From assembly GCA_963681965.1 (NCBI GenBank), contig OY820579.1, positions 1,952,001-2,016,000 of the forward strand: DNA of 64,000 nucleotides, read 5' to 3'. The DNA comes from a bacterium. Its GTDB lineage: Bacteria; Electryoneota; JAOADG01. Positions 38,897-49,336 of this stretch are shown one piece after another (position 1 is the first letter of the stretch; each line of letters opens with the position of its first letter). A program made the position numbers and the translations under genes. The notes under the pieces were generated by a model. It ran no database searches. It worked only from the letters and a program-made list of their open reading frames with translations, and was not told the DNA's origin.

Positions 38897-41800
38897 TCAA
38901 TTTAACAACGTCATCTTCTTCGCTATCACGCCCTGAGAAGTTTCCATCCGATAAAAGTAAATGCCGCTCGAAACTTTCATCCCGGAATTGTTCTTCCCAT
39001 TCCAGCGCACTTCGTATGTACCAGTGGTTTTCACAGCATTGAGCAAATTGATCACTTCCCGCCCCATGATGTCGTATATTGCGACTTTCACGCGTTCGGT
39101 ACGCGGTAATGTAAAGCGAATTACCGTTGTCGAATTGAATGGATTCGGATAATTCTGTTGCAGCGAAAATTGTTTCGGCATCGCCGAAGCAATTTCTCGA
39201 ACACCTTGTACCGATTGGTCGTCGCGCACACGCTGCATGTACAAGTCGACAAACTCTTCTTTCATTGTCGATCGCATATCAAGCCAGTTGACTGCTGCGC
39301 CGTTTGCGATCGGAACCGATTTCGGGCGTCTCTGGGAATTTGGCACTTTCACAAGATAAGCTACGTGATCGGAATATGTTGTCGGTGTCCAGATATCCGG
39401 ACGATTGATTGTGCCGTTCGAAAGAAAGTGGTTACCAATAATATCTTCGTCCATTAAAGTCGGTGGCGGAGGAAACGGATTCGATCGATCGAACCATTGA
39501 GCATAGAAAGTATAAACACCAACGGAGTTGTCTTTGGCTAAATCAAGATCTAACTGCGAATTACTGGCATCTGCCAACCGTTGACCGGTGGCGTTTAATA
39601 AGTAACTTCCGTTTGCTGATAAATGCTGCAGATAGATTGAACTAAGTCCATTAATTCGAGTATCCCTCCAACCAAACCAATATGTAGAACCAGTAGATAA
39701 ACCTACTGCGTCAATTTGCGCAAATTCGGTTGCTCCAAGTCGAACACCGGTACCCCATCGCAGATTTCCATTACTGTCGATCCGTTGCGCCATGATATTT
39801 GCGCCGGAACCACCTGCGATCTCCCAGTTAAATTCGTTCCAGTGTGCAACTACCGAACCACTATCACCTGCTATTAGGTATAGTTGATTGCGATTGCCTT
39901 GTGCTTGATCATGATGCAATGACGAATCGCCGGCAGCGATTTCTCGATTCCAAACGATTGTTCCATTGGTGTTCAATTTAGTAACATGGACGCTATAGAT
40001 GTTTAAATCTAGATTCGTCATTTCAATATATCCGAGGTAGATATTTCCCGATGAAACGACTAACGAGGGATAGGATTGCTCCAATTGACCGGGAGATATC
40101 GTGACACCGGTATTCGGAAGTAGCCGTGAACCGGTATTGTCGAGATGCTGGAATTGAACTTGATTATAGTAGAAGGGTGCTTCGCCGGTCATCGTATAAG
40201 ACAAATAGACTCCTCCGTAACCGTCGGGTGATCCGGATAAGAAATCAAATGATGATGAAACGGAACTACATGCTTCTCGACCGTAATCAGTCCAAACTCG
40301 AGCGCCATTGTACGAGATTTTTTGTGCACGAATCGTTTGATCGGCATTGACAGTATTGAAATAGACAATGATAGCACCTGAATCGGGAGTAGTGGTGATC
40401 AATGGTGAACTGTAAGACGTAGTTCCATCCTGAGAAACAGTATTGGTCGTATCGAGTGTGATCGGGTTGCCGTTTTTGGCGATCCCGGGGATTGCTACAC
40501 CATTGGAATCGTCGGGTGTGCTCTTATGAATCGTATAAAAAATTCGATTGCCGAATTCCGATCTGCGTCCGTCAACCCATGCATTCATGATCCGGGTCGA
40601 TCCCAATTTCTCGATCATGTTGTAATGAACATTTCCTGAAATATCGGTTACGGTGTTTGCTCCTCCGGCTGTAAACGATCCTACAGGCGTACCAATCCAA
40701 CTCCAAACCGTACGATACAACTGATTGCTCCCTTGGCGACGGTCGCACCATGTAAAGAGAAACCGACCACCGCTGGGACGACAGATCGCATAAAATTGGG
40801 AACTCGGATCGGATGAGACGCTTTGACCGTTAGTCGCCCAACCCGGTTGACCGGTTGAAGTGATGTGTTGCGCAAAGATATCCTGACCCGGAGTTTCATG
40901 GAACCGCTCGTCTTCCCAAACCAGCACACAACCACCGGAATAATCGTCGCATAATCGTGATTCGCGTTGCTGATGAGATTCGGTACAGACCGGTACACCG
41001 TTAGTCTGCCATAGGCGCTGTATCGATGTTGTACCACTCACTTTTTGTACGTACAAGTCCGCATTAACGGTACCGCTAGCATCGCTGCGAAAATCTTCCC
41101 AACTCACGATCGCATTGCTGTCACCGGCAAAAACAATTCGCGGATTCGTTTGTTCGTTTGGAACATCGGCGAGAATTACTCCCGTATCGGGTAGCCACAA
41201 TTTCTGACCGGACGCATTAATTTGCTGCATATACAGATCGACGGTTTGATCGGCTTGATTGCGCCACACGAAAAAAGCACCGCCTTGTCCATTCGGACAG
41301 ATTTTTACTTTCGTTAACGAACAATTATCGGCGATAAATACCTGTCCGAGCGAATCCCATCGGGTTGTTCCAATCGAGTAAATCTGCTGATAGTAAATGT
41401 CGGTATTATTGCGACGATTGTCGATCCAAGCCGCCCAGGCACTGTTATTGTTGCCTTGCGCAACCGAGTATTCTCCGCCGGACGGTTGCGCGCCCGCTGC
41501 AGCAGCAACGGCGATACCGTTTTTTGGCCAATTGGTATAGCGATGTCCATCTAAGCCGATACGATTGCAAAAAATATCCGAACCTCGATTGTATCGAGTA
41601 TCTTCCCAAAAAATATAGACGCCGTAATTTCCATCAGTGATCATTCGAAGATTACTTTGAAATCCCCTTGTCATACAGACTGGAACTGCATTCACGGTAT
41701 CCGATTGATCGGTGACGTTCCAGATGCGCTGACCATCGGGGTTGAATTTCTGTGCCATCACCGAACCACCGGCATCGCCGACATAACTGGTGTCGTTCTG

Positions 41801-42187
41801 GTATATACCTTCCCGGAAATCGACCCATGCGATGGTCACACCAGTCGAATCGGCGTACAATACCGGTTCATCCTGCTGGTTCGGACCGTCGTTTACCGTT
41901 CGCGTCCAGACGATGTCACCATTGTTGTCGATCTTACTCGCATAAAGCCCGTGGATGCCGTTGGGTGAAGCCGACCAGGCAATGTACCAATTACCATGCT
42001 GATCGTCGACGAGCGCGCGTTGCCAGGATAAATGCGTTCCTTGTCGGACGGGAATGGCAACACTGTCCGAATATGGATGAGCGCGGAATGGTTCGGTATG
42101 CCACCGATTTTGTAGAAACTGTGCCGAGACGGGTGAAACCAGCAACCCTGTACTTAATACCAGCAACCAGATCAATGGGTTCTTCAT
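38897..42187 (-). CDS. Secreted repeat (propeller-like) protein with a T9SS-type/FlgD-Ig C-terminal domain, paralog 1
   Basis: Signal peptide; repeated WxDxR..DxYxQ..G..W; NYPNPFNSTT..SSGIYF; GAGGAGG RBS. Confidence 0.85.
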   Translation of the reverse strand: MKNPLIWLLVLSTGLLVSPVSAQFLQNRWHTEPFRAHPYSDSVAIPVRQGTHLSWQRALVDDQHGNWYIAWSASPNGIHGLYASKIDNNGDIVWTRTVNDGPNQQDEPVLYADSTGVTIAWVDFREGIYQNDTSYVGDAGGSVMAQKFNPDGQRIWNVTDQSDTVNAVPVCMTRGFQSNLRMITDGNYGVYIFWEDTRYNRGSDIFCNRIGLDGHRYTNWPKNGIAVAAAAGAQPSGGEYSVAQGNNNSAWAAWIDNRRNNTDIYYQQIYSIGTTRWDSLGQVFIADNCSLTKVKICPNGQGGAFFVWRNQADQTVDLYMQQINASGQKLWLPDTGVILADVPNEQTNPRIVFAGDSNAIVSWEDFRSDASGTVNADLYVQKVSGTTSIQRLWQTNGVPVCTESHQQRESRLCDDYSGGCVLVWEDERFHETPGQDIFAQHITSTGQPGWATNGQSVSSDPSSQFYAICRPSGGRFLFTWCDRRQGSNQLYRTVWSWIGTPVGSFTAGGANTVTDISGNVHYNMIEKLGSTRIMNAWVDGRRSEFGNRIFYTIHKSTPDDSNGVAIPGIAKNGNPITLDTTNTVSQDGTTSYSSPLITTTPDSGAIIVYFNTVNADQTIRAQKISYNGARVWTDYGREACSSVSSSFDFLSGSPDGYGGVYLSYTMTGEAPFYYNQVQFQHLDNTGSRLLPNTGVTISPGQLEQSYPSLVVSSGNIYLGYIEMTNLDLNIYSVHVTKLNTNGTIVWNREIAAGDSSLHHDQAQGNRNQLYLIAGDSGSVVAHWNEFNWEIAGGSGANIMAQRIDSNGNLRWGTGVRLGATEFAQIDAVGLSTGSTYWFGWRDTRINGLSSIYLQHLSANGSYLLNATGQRLADASNSQLDLDLAKDNSVGVYTFYAQWFDRSNPFPPPPTLMDEDIIGNHFLSNGTINRPDIWTPTTYSDHVAYLVKVPNSQRRPKSVPIANGAAVNWLDMRSTMKEEFVDLYMQRVRDDQSVQGVREIASAMPKQFSLQQNYPNPFNSTTVIRFTLPRTERVKVAIYDIMGREVINLLNAVKTTGTYEVRWNGKNNSGMKVSSGIYFYRMETSQGVIAKKMTLLN

Positions 42188-42509
42188 TGTTTCCTCCTCG
42201 TGTCAATTAAATGGATGTAATTGAAAGATCAGCGGTATTACTAACAAACTCAATTATGAGAAATAAATCGGATCAGATTCAGGTTGTTGACGGAAAGAAA
42301 ATCAAATCTCACAGCCTCCCACTACGCATATATCGGATCAAAATTCATCGCAATTTATCGTTCTTATTAAATACTAATGTTTTCTCGAGACGCGATCAAG
42401 ACCTATCGACCAGTTTGCGAAAATACTTCCTGTCAGTATGCGCGGGAGTGAAACTGTTATATTCGAAATTACTCCCTCATAACCTATATCTAATTGAAAA
42501 TGGGCGACA

Positions 42510-45500
42510 TTAATTCAATAACGTCATCTTTTTCGCAATAACACCCTGCGAAGTTTCCATCCGATAGAAATACATACCGCTGGAGACTTTCATGCCGGAG
42601 GAGTTCTTGCCATTCCAGCGTAATTCGTAGGTGCCGGTTGTTTTTACATCATTCAATAAGTTGATGACTTCGCGACCCATGATGTCGTAAATCGCAACCT
42701 TCACCCGCTCGGTGCGCGGCAATGTAAACCGGATTACCGTGGTCGAGTTAAATGGATTCGGATAATTCTGCTGCAACGTGAACTGTTTCGGCATTGCCGT
42801 CGCGACTTCGCGAACTCCTTGAACCGAAGCGTCGTCGCAGACCCGCTGCATGTAAAGATCATGAAACTCTTCCTTCAAGGTAGCGCGCATATCTCGCCAA
42901 TTCACTACTGCTCCACCCGGTACCGCCACTGCCTGCGGCTGAAATTGCGAATAACGGGCTTTTTCGAGAAATGCTGCATGCATCGGTGTTGCCGTCGGTG
43001 TCCAGAGCTCGGGACGCACGACCGTACCATTTCCGGCAAGATGGATCCCGATTACATCGGCGTCGTTATTGGTAGTCGGGGGCGGAAAGGGATTGGTCAC
43101 GTCGTAATATTGTGTGAAGAAGAGATAGGCACCATCGCTATTGTCATTGACCATTACGAGATTGGTTTGCGCATTATCGGCAATTCTCAAGCGCTGACCA
43201 GTACTGTCGAGCATGAAGTGACCCGAAGCATCAAGATGTTGCAGATAGATCGATGGATAACCGCCAATGCGAGCATCCTGCCAGCCAAACCAGTAAGTCG
43301 ATCCAGTGGTCATCCCAACAGCATACTCCTCGTTATTATCCGATGCACCCAATCGTATGCCATCACCCCATTGTGCCGTCCCTTCGGGATCGAGACGCTG
43401 AGCCATAATTTGCGCGCACGCACCGCCTGCGATGTCGTATCGGAATTCCATCCAATAGGCAATAACCGAACCATCTGCTCCCGATAGTAACTTTAATTGT
43501 GAGCGGTATCCGGTCGCTAAATTGTGATATAATGTGGAATCACCTTCGGCGATGATGCGATGCCAAAGTGCTGTGCCATCGCTCAACAATCTGTAAATAT
43601 GAACGCGCAAAATCCCATATTCTAAATCAAAACACTCAATGTATCCGACATAAATATTACTGTCGGAAATTGTTAGCGCAACAAACCCCTGATCCAATCC
43701 CGGCTCAATCGCGATTCCTGTAGGGCTTAATAATCGTTGACCGGAGCTGTTGATGTGTTGAAAGTGCACTTCGTTGTAGTAAAATGGTGGTTCACTAGCA
43801 ACTGTGTATGCTAGATACGCACCACCATTTCCATCGGGTTTACCCGTTAAAAAATCGGGTCCGAAGAGATCACCGCAGACATCACTACCGAAATCGCCCC
43901 ACATTCGCTCGCCATTGTAGGAGATCTTTTGCGCCCGTAAGGTTTGAATGTAACTGCCGGCATGCGGGTCCGTGTTGAAATAGACGACGATCGTACCGGA
44001 ATCGGGAGTACTGATCAATTGGGGATTTGAATAAAAATAAATCCCACTTTGTGCGATTCGGTTGGTAGAGTCGAGCGTAATCGGATTCCCATTTTTCGTA
44101 ATACCCGGTATCGTTGTACCATTCGAATCCTCGGGAGTACTGGAATGAATCGAATAATAGATTCGATCTCCCATTACCCCTCTCCGTTGATCGACCCAAG
44201 TGTTGATGATCCGGGTACTACCCATTGTTCCGATCGTATTGCACTGAATGTTTCCGTTAATATCGGGAACGGTTTCGATACCATTCGTTGGGAATTGCAG
44301 TAGTGAGGTACCATCCAAATTCCAAACCGTCCGATAGATCGGAGCACTTCCCTCGCGTTCATCTATCCATGCGAACAACAACCGATCTCGGCTATTTTGA
44401 CAGATGATGTAACTCTGATTCTGTGATGCCGCTGACACCGGTAATCCATTTGTTTGCCAAACCGCTTGACCAAAAGAATTGATGCGTTGGGCATAGACAT
44501 CACGATTGTAATCTACGCTAGTACGTAAATCTTCCCAAACTACGATACACCCACCAAGTCCATCGGATGACAACCGTGTTGCAAGCTGGTTGTGTGATTC
44601 GGTGCAAACCGGTACGCCGCCAGTTTGCCATAACTTCGTCAAAGTAGCAGTGCCGGTAACTTTTTGAGCGTACAAGTCTTCGTTGTAAGCACCGGTAGGA
44701 TCGTTGCGATAATCTTCCCAACTGACGATCGCATTTCCGGTACTGGATGAAATGATTCGCGGATTGGTCTGTTCGGTCGGCAGACTCTCCAAGACAATTC
44801 CTGTATCCGGCGACCACATTTTCGTGCCGGATGAATCGATCCGTTGCATCCAGAGATCTATTGTTAATCCCGATCGATTTCGCCACACAAAAAACGCACC
44901 GCCGCTACCATCGGAACAAATTTTTACTCTTCCCAAATCACAGGTGTCGGCAATAAAGACACGTCCTTCCGACATCCAGCGCATGGTGCCGTTACCATAC
45001 ACATGTTGATAATAAATGTCGGGGTGATTGCGACGGTTATCGATCCAAGCAACCCAGAGCCCGCCCGAACCATCAATGTCGACGCTGTATTCGCCGCCGG
45101 TCGGTTGATTGCCGGTTGCGGCAGCGATGGCATTCCCATTCAAATTCCATCCGGTAACACGTTGTCCGCTGACATTCAACCTGAGCCCGTAAAGATCGGC
45201 ACCAAGATTATTCCGATTATCTTCCCACGTGATGTATACGCCGCCAACGCCGTCGGGAAGGATGCACAAGTCGTTCTGATATCCATTAACCATACAGACA
45301 GGAACTGCGTTCACGCTATCCGTAGCACCGGCAACATTCCAAAGACGATTCCCATTCGGATCGAGCTTCTGTGCCATCACCGATCCGGCATCATCGCCGA
45401 CAAGCGATGGATTATTCTGGTATATGCCGATGCGATAATCGACCCACGCGATATACAGACCCGTTGAATCGGCGAAGATCACTGGATCTTCCTGACGATC

Positions 45501-45803
45501 AGGTCCATCGTTGACTGTGCGCGTCCAGATGATTTCGCCATCGTGACCGATTTTACTCGCATACAAACCGTGAACACCATTCGGCGATGCAAACCAGACC
45601 AGATACCAATTGCCTTGTTGGTCGGCGGTTAGCGTACGATACCAAAATAGATGCGTACCTTGACGCACCGGTATCCCGGAGCTGTCCTGCGTCGGATGTT
45701 CGCGAAACGGTTGAGTATGCCAGCGATTTTGGATGAATTGTGCTGGGGCGGTCGAACAGAGTAAACCAGTGAGTAAAACTAGGATCCAGTGCTGCGGTTT
45801 CAT
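42510..45803 (-). CDS. Secreted repeat protein, paralog 2
   Basis: Colinear with paralogs 1 and 3 over the full length; GAGGAGGG RBS. Confidence 0.85.
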   Translation of the reverse strand: MKPQHWILVLLTGLLCSTAPAQFIQNRWHTQPFREHPTQDSSGIPVRQGTHLFWYRTLTADQQGNWYLVWFASPNGVHGLYASKIGHDGEIIWTRTVNDGPDRQEDPVIFADSTGLYIAWVDYRIGIYQNNPSLVGDDAGSVMAQKLDPNGNRLWNVAGATDSVNAVPVCMVNGYQNDLCILPDGVGGVYITWEDNRNNLGADLYGLRLNVSGQRVTGWNLNGNAIAAATGNQPTGGEYSVDIDGSGGLWVAWIDNRRNHPDIYYQHVYGNGTMRWMSEGRVFIADTCDLGRVKICSDGSGGAFFVWRNRSGLTIDLWMQRIDSSGTKMWSPDTGIVLESLPTEQTNPRIISSSTGNAIVSWEDYRNDPTGAYNEDLYAQKVTGTATLTKLWQTGGVPVCTESHNQLATRLSSDGLGGCIVVWEDLRTSVDYNRDVYAQRINSFGQAVWQTNGLPVSAASQNQSYIICQNSRDRLLFAWIDEREGSAPIYRTVWNLDGTSLLQFPTNGIETVPDINGNIQCNTIGTMGSTRIINTWVDQRRGVMGDRIYYSIHSSTPEDSNGTTIPGITKNGNPITLDSTNRIAQSGIYFYSNPQLISTPDSGTIVVYFNTDPHAGSYIQTLRAQKISYNGERMWGDFGSDVCGDLFGPDFLTGKPDGNGGAYLAYTVASEPPFYYNEVHFQHINSSGQRLLSPTGIAIEPGLDQGFVALTISDSNIYVGYIECFDLEYGILRVHIYRLLSDGTALWHRIIAEGDSTLYHNLATGYRSQLKLLSGADGSVIAYWMEFRYDIAGGACAQIMAQRLDPEGTAQWGDGIRLGASDNNEEYAVGMTTGSTYWFGWQDARIGGYPSIYLQHLDASGHFMLDSTGQRLRIADNAQTNLVMVNDNSDGAYLFFTQYYDVTNPFPPPTTNNDADVIGIHLAGNGTVVRPELWTPTATPMHAAFLEKARYSQFQPQAVAVPGGAVVNWRDMRATLKEEFHDLYMQRVCDDASVQGVREVATAMPKQFTLQQNYPNPFNSTTVIRFTLPRTERVKVAIYDIMGREVINLLNDVKTTGTYELRWNGKNSSGMKVSSGMYFYRMETSQGVIAKKMTLLN

Positions 45804-45959
45804 GGGTTCTTCCCTCCTCGGTTCTTGAAGCAGTTCTGAGAAGATCGGCGACCGATCAGATCGGTCTGGAGAAAGAAATCTTATATCAATCTACAAACAA
45901 CCCGATATTTTATCAATAGGAAATCCACAATTAATCGAAATATTTTGAAATCCTCGAAT

Positions 45960-45993
45960 AAAAAAACGGGCGACAAATTAGCCGCCCGTTTTT
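45960..45993 (-). terminator. Intrinsic terminator after paralog 3
   Basis: AAAAAACGGGCG-acaaattagc-CGCCCGTTTTT. Confidence 0.85.
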
Positions 45994-46011
45994 CACTACT
46001 TGAATAATTTG

Positions 46012-49000
46012 TTAGTTCAAAAGCGTCATCTTCTTCGCGATAACACCCTGCGAAGTTTCCATGCGGTAGAAATACATACCGCTGGAGACTTTCATGCCGG
46101 AAGTGTTCTTGCCATTCCAGCGAACTTCGTAAGTGCCGGTTGTCTTCACATCATTCAATAAGTTGATGACTTCGCGACCCATGATATCGTAAATAGCAAC
46201 CTTCACCCGCTCGGTTCGCGGCAATGTAAACCGGATAACCGTCGTCGAGTTGAATGGATTCGGGTAGTTCTGCAGTAACGTGAACTGCTTCGGCATCGCT
46301 GTGGCAATTTCACGTACGCCGACGGAATCGTCGTCGCGGACACGCTGCATGTACAGATTGATCAGTTCTTCCTTACCAGTAGCACGCAAATCGACCCAGT
46401 TCACTGCCGCACCGTGCGGACGTGAAATCGATTTCGGCGATTTCTGGGCTGCCGGCATTTTTTCGAGGAATGCTACTTGATAGTGCGATGCTGCCGGGGT
46501 CCAAAGTTCCGGTCGGTTGATCGCACCGTTTGCATTCAAATGCAAGCCTTCAATTTCGGCATCGTTGATTGTTGCCGGGGGTGGGAATGGATTGGCTTCA
46601 TCGTAAAATTGCGAGAAGAACATATACACGCCAGTACCGGCATCATTCGCGAAATCGAGATCGGTCTGTGCGTTGTTGGCAACAGCCATGCGTTGTCCGA
46701 CTGAATCCAACAAGAACCCGCCAGTTGCGCTTAGGTGCTGCAGATAGATCGATGAAAAACCACCAATTCGGGTATCTTTCCAACCGAGCCAATAGGTCGA
46801 ACCTGCAGACATCGCGATTGCGTCGGATTGTGCCTGCTCGCTAGCGCCTAATCGGACACCTTCGCCCCAGAGGAGATTACCGTTTGCATCGACGCGTTGT
46901 GCCATGATTTGCGCACCCGAGCCGCCGGCGATATCAAATCGGAACTCCATCCAGTATGCAACGACCGAGCCACTGTCGCCAGCGACCAAACGCAACTGTG
47001 AACGATTGCCGTTCGAATTGTTGTTGTGACCGGTTGAATCGCCTGAGGCAAGAATGTGATTCCAAACTACCGATCCGTCAGGATTCAGTTTACAAACTCG
47101 GACACTGAAAATGTTGTTCATCGCATCGGTTACTTCGATGTAACCGACATAAATATTGCTGCCGGACACGACTAAAGAAGCCCACTGTTGTTCCAAGCCG
47201 GGGTTGATGGCTGCACCGGTTGAAGCGAGTTGAATTTGACCGGCACTATTGACATGTTGGAAATGGACTTCGTTGTAATAGTATGGTGCATCGCCGGCAA
47301 TGGTGAATGCCAAATAAGCGCCACCGCTGCCATCCGGTTTTCCAGTTAAAAATTCCGGTCCGGTAACGGCACTACATATTTCACGACCGAAATTGGTCCA
47401 TGACCGTGCGCCACTGTAAGAGATCTTCTGCGCGCGCAATGTTTGTTCTGATGAGGAGCCATTTGCGGCAGTATTGAAGTAGACGATGATCGAACCGGAA
47501 TCCGGTGTTCCAATTGTCAACGGTGCACTGTAAATCGCCGTACCGTCCTGAGTCAACCGGTTGGTGGAATCAAGTGTAATCGGGTTGCCGTTTGCGGCAA
47601 TACTGGCGATTTTCGATCCATTCTGACTGTCGGAACCGCTATTGTGAATCGAATAATAAATGCGATTGCCGTATTGCGATCGTCGAGCGTCGACCCAGTA
47701 GTTAATCAATCGGCTAGTACCCATACCGACGATTGAGTTGCGCGTGACATTACCGGTAATATCGGGAATAGTCAGTGCGCCGGTTGCCGGCATCGTACCC
47801 ACCGGTTGACCGCTTAAGTTCCATACCGTGTGATAAATCGGTCGACTTCCCAATCGGCTGTCCGACCAAACGAGGAGTAATCTGCCGCCACTTTCGCGGC
47901 AAACCGGAGCGATCTGTCCACCATCGGCAGCGGAAATCACCAAACCATTGGTCGACCACGCAACCGTACCATTCGATTGTACGCGCTGGGCATAGATATC
48001 GTGTTCGGGATTGGCAGTCGTGCGTTCATCTTCCCAAACGAGCACACATCCACCAGAACCGTCCGAAGCCAAGCGTGATTCACGCTGGTGGTGGGTTTCC
48101 GTACAAACTGCGACTCCACCGGTTGGCCAGGCGCGAGTCAAAGTCGTAGAGCCCGAGACTTTTTGAGCGTAAATATCTTCGTTCTGAGTGCCTGATGGGT
48201 CGTTGCGGAAATCTTCCCAACTGACAATGGCGGAACCGGCACCAGCATATACGATGCGCGGACTAGTCTGCTCGTAGGGAATTGATTCAAGTACAACGCC
48301 GGAATCGGGTGACCACATTTTGGCGCCGGAAGAATCGATACGCTGCATCCAAATATCGATCGTTGTTCCATTGACATTACGCCATGCGAGGAATGCACCA
48401 CCGCTGCCATCGGGACAAATCTTTACTTTGCCCAATTCGCAAGTATCGGCGATGAAGGGTTGACCTTCGTTGCTCCAGCGCATCGTACCGTTGCCGTAAA
48501 CATGCTGGTAATAAATGTCGGGATGGTTGCGACGATTGTCGACCCAAGCGACCCACGCTCCAGTACGCCCGTCGACATCGACTGTATATTCACCACCGAC
48601 TGGTTGGTTACCAGCCGCAGCACAGATTGCATTACCATTGGGAGACCAACCGGTATGGCGGCTTCCGTTCGCATCGATTCGGTTACCGTAAATATCCGCA
48701 CCACGATTGTTACGCGTGTCTTCCCACATGACATATGCACCGCCCGCGCCATCGGGAACAAGTCGCAGATCGTTTTGGTAACCACTGGTCATACATACTG
48801 GAACGGCATTTACGCTGTCTGTTGCACCAGTAATATTCCAAAGTCGGTTACCATTGGGATCAAGTTTCTGTGCCATTACCGAACCAGCACCGTCGCCGAC
48901 GAAATTCGTGTCATTTGTGTAGGAACCGCCGCGATAGTTGCCTTCACGGTAATCGACCCACGCTATAACCAATCCGGTTGAGTCGGCAATAACGACTGGA

Positions 49001-49326
49001 TCTTCTTGTCGACCGGGACCGTCATTAACGGTTTTGATCCAAACGGTGTCGCCGTTCGAATTGATCTTGCAAGCATACAGACCGCGAATTCCATTCGGTG
49101 TGGATGACCACGAAAAATACCAATTGCCGTGATCGTCGCCGGTAGCTGAACGCTGCCATTCAATGTGCGATCCTTGCCGAACTGCAATACCTACACTGTC
49201 GCGTTCGGAATTCGGAAAGTTCCGAAAGGCTTCGGTGTGCCAGCGATTCTGGATGTATTGCGCGTAAACGGGTGAAACCAGCAACCCTGCACTCAAAGCA
49301 AGTAACCAGATCAAGGGTTTCTTCAT
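46012..49326 (-). CDS. Secreted repeat protein, paralog 3
   Basis: ATG 49326 (MKKPLIWLL) follows GAGGAGGG and matches the paralog 1 N-terminus; ORF track start at 49389 is likely too early. Confidence 0.85.
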   Translation of the reverse strand: MKKPLIWLLALSAGLLVSPVYAQYIQNRWHTEAFRNFPNSERDSVGIAVRQGSHIEWQRSATGDDHGNWYFSWSSTPNGIRGLYACKINSNGDTVWIKTVNDGPGRQEDPVVIADSTGLVIAWVDYREGNYRGGSYTNDTNFVGDGAGSVMAQKLDPNGNRLWNITGATDSVNAVPVCMTSGYQNDLRLVPDGAGGAYVMWEDTRNNRGADIYGNRIDANGSRHTGWSPNGNAICAAAGNQPVGGEYTVDVDGRTGAWVAWVDNRRNHPDIYYQHVYGNGTMRWSNEGQPFIADTCELGKVKICPDGSGGAFLAWRNVNGTTIDIWMQRIDSSGAKMWSPDSGVVLESIPYEQTSPRIVYAGAGSAIVSWEDFRNDPSGTQNEDIYAQKVSGSTTLTRAWPTGGVAVCTETHHQRESRLASDGSGGCVLVWEDERTTANPEHDIYAQRVQSNGTVAWSTNGLVISAADGGQIAPVCRESGGRLLLVWSDSRLGSRPIYHTVWNLSGQPVGTMPATGALTIPDITGNVTRNSIVGMGTSRLINYWVDARRSQYGNRIYYSIHNSGSDSQNGSKIASIAANGNPITLDSTNRLTQDGTAIYSAPLTIGTPDSGSIIVYFNTAANGSSSEQTLRAQKISYSGARSWTNFGREICSAVTGPEFLTGKPDGSGGAYLAFTIAGDAPYYYNEVHFQHVNSAGQIQLASTGAAINPGLEQQWASLVVSGSNIYVGYIEVTDAMNNIFSVRVCKLNPDGSVVWNHILASGDSTGHNNNSNGNRSQLRLVAGDSGSVVAYWMEFRFDIAGGSGAQIMAQRVDANGNLLWGEGVRLGASEQAQSDAIAMSAGSTYWLGWKDTRIGGFSSIYLQHLSATGGFLLDSVGQRMAVANNAQTDLDFANDAGTGVYMFFSQFYDEANPFPPPATINDAEIEGLHLNANGAINRPELWTPAASHYQVAFLEKMPAAQKSPKSISRPHGAAVNWVDLRATGKEELINLYMQRVRDDDSVGVREIATAMPKQFTLLQNYPNPFNSTTVIRFTLPRTERVKVAIYDIMGREVINLLNDVKTTGTYEVRWNGKNTSGMKVSSGMYFYRMETSQGVIAKKMTLLN

Positions 49327-49336
49327 TGTTCCCTCC

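Noticed and set aside
38897-49326. Diversity-generating retroelement among the three paralogs
   Set aside because: No reverse transcriptase is present, and the 3' differences are mostly synonymous and not adenine-specific.
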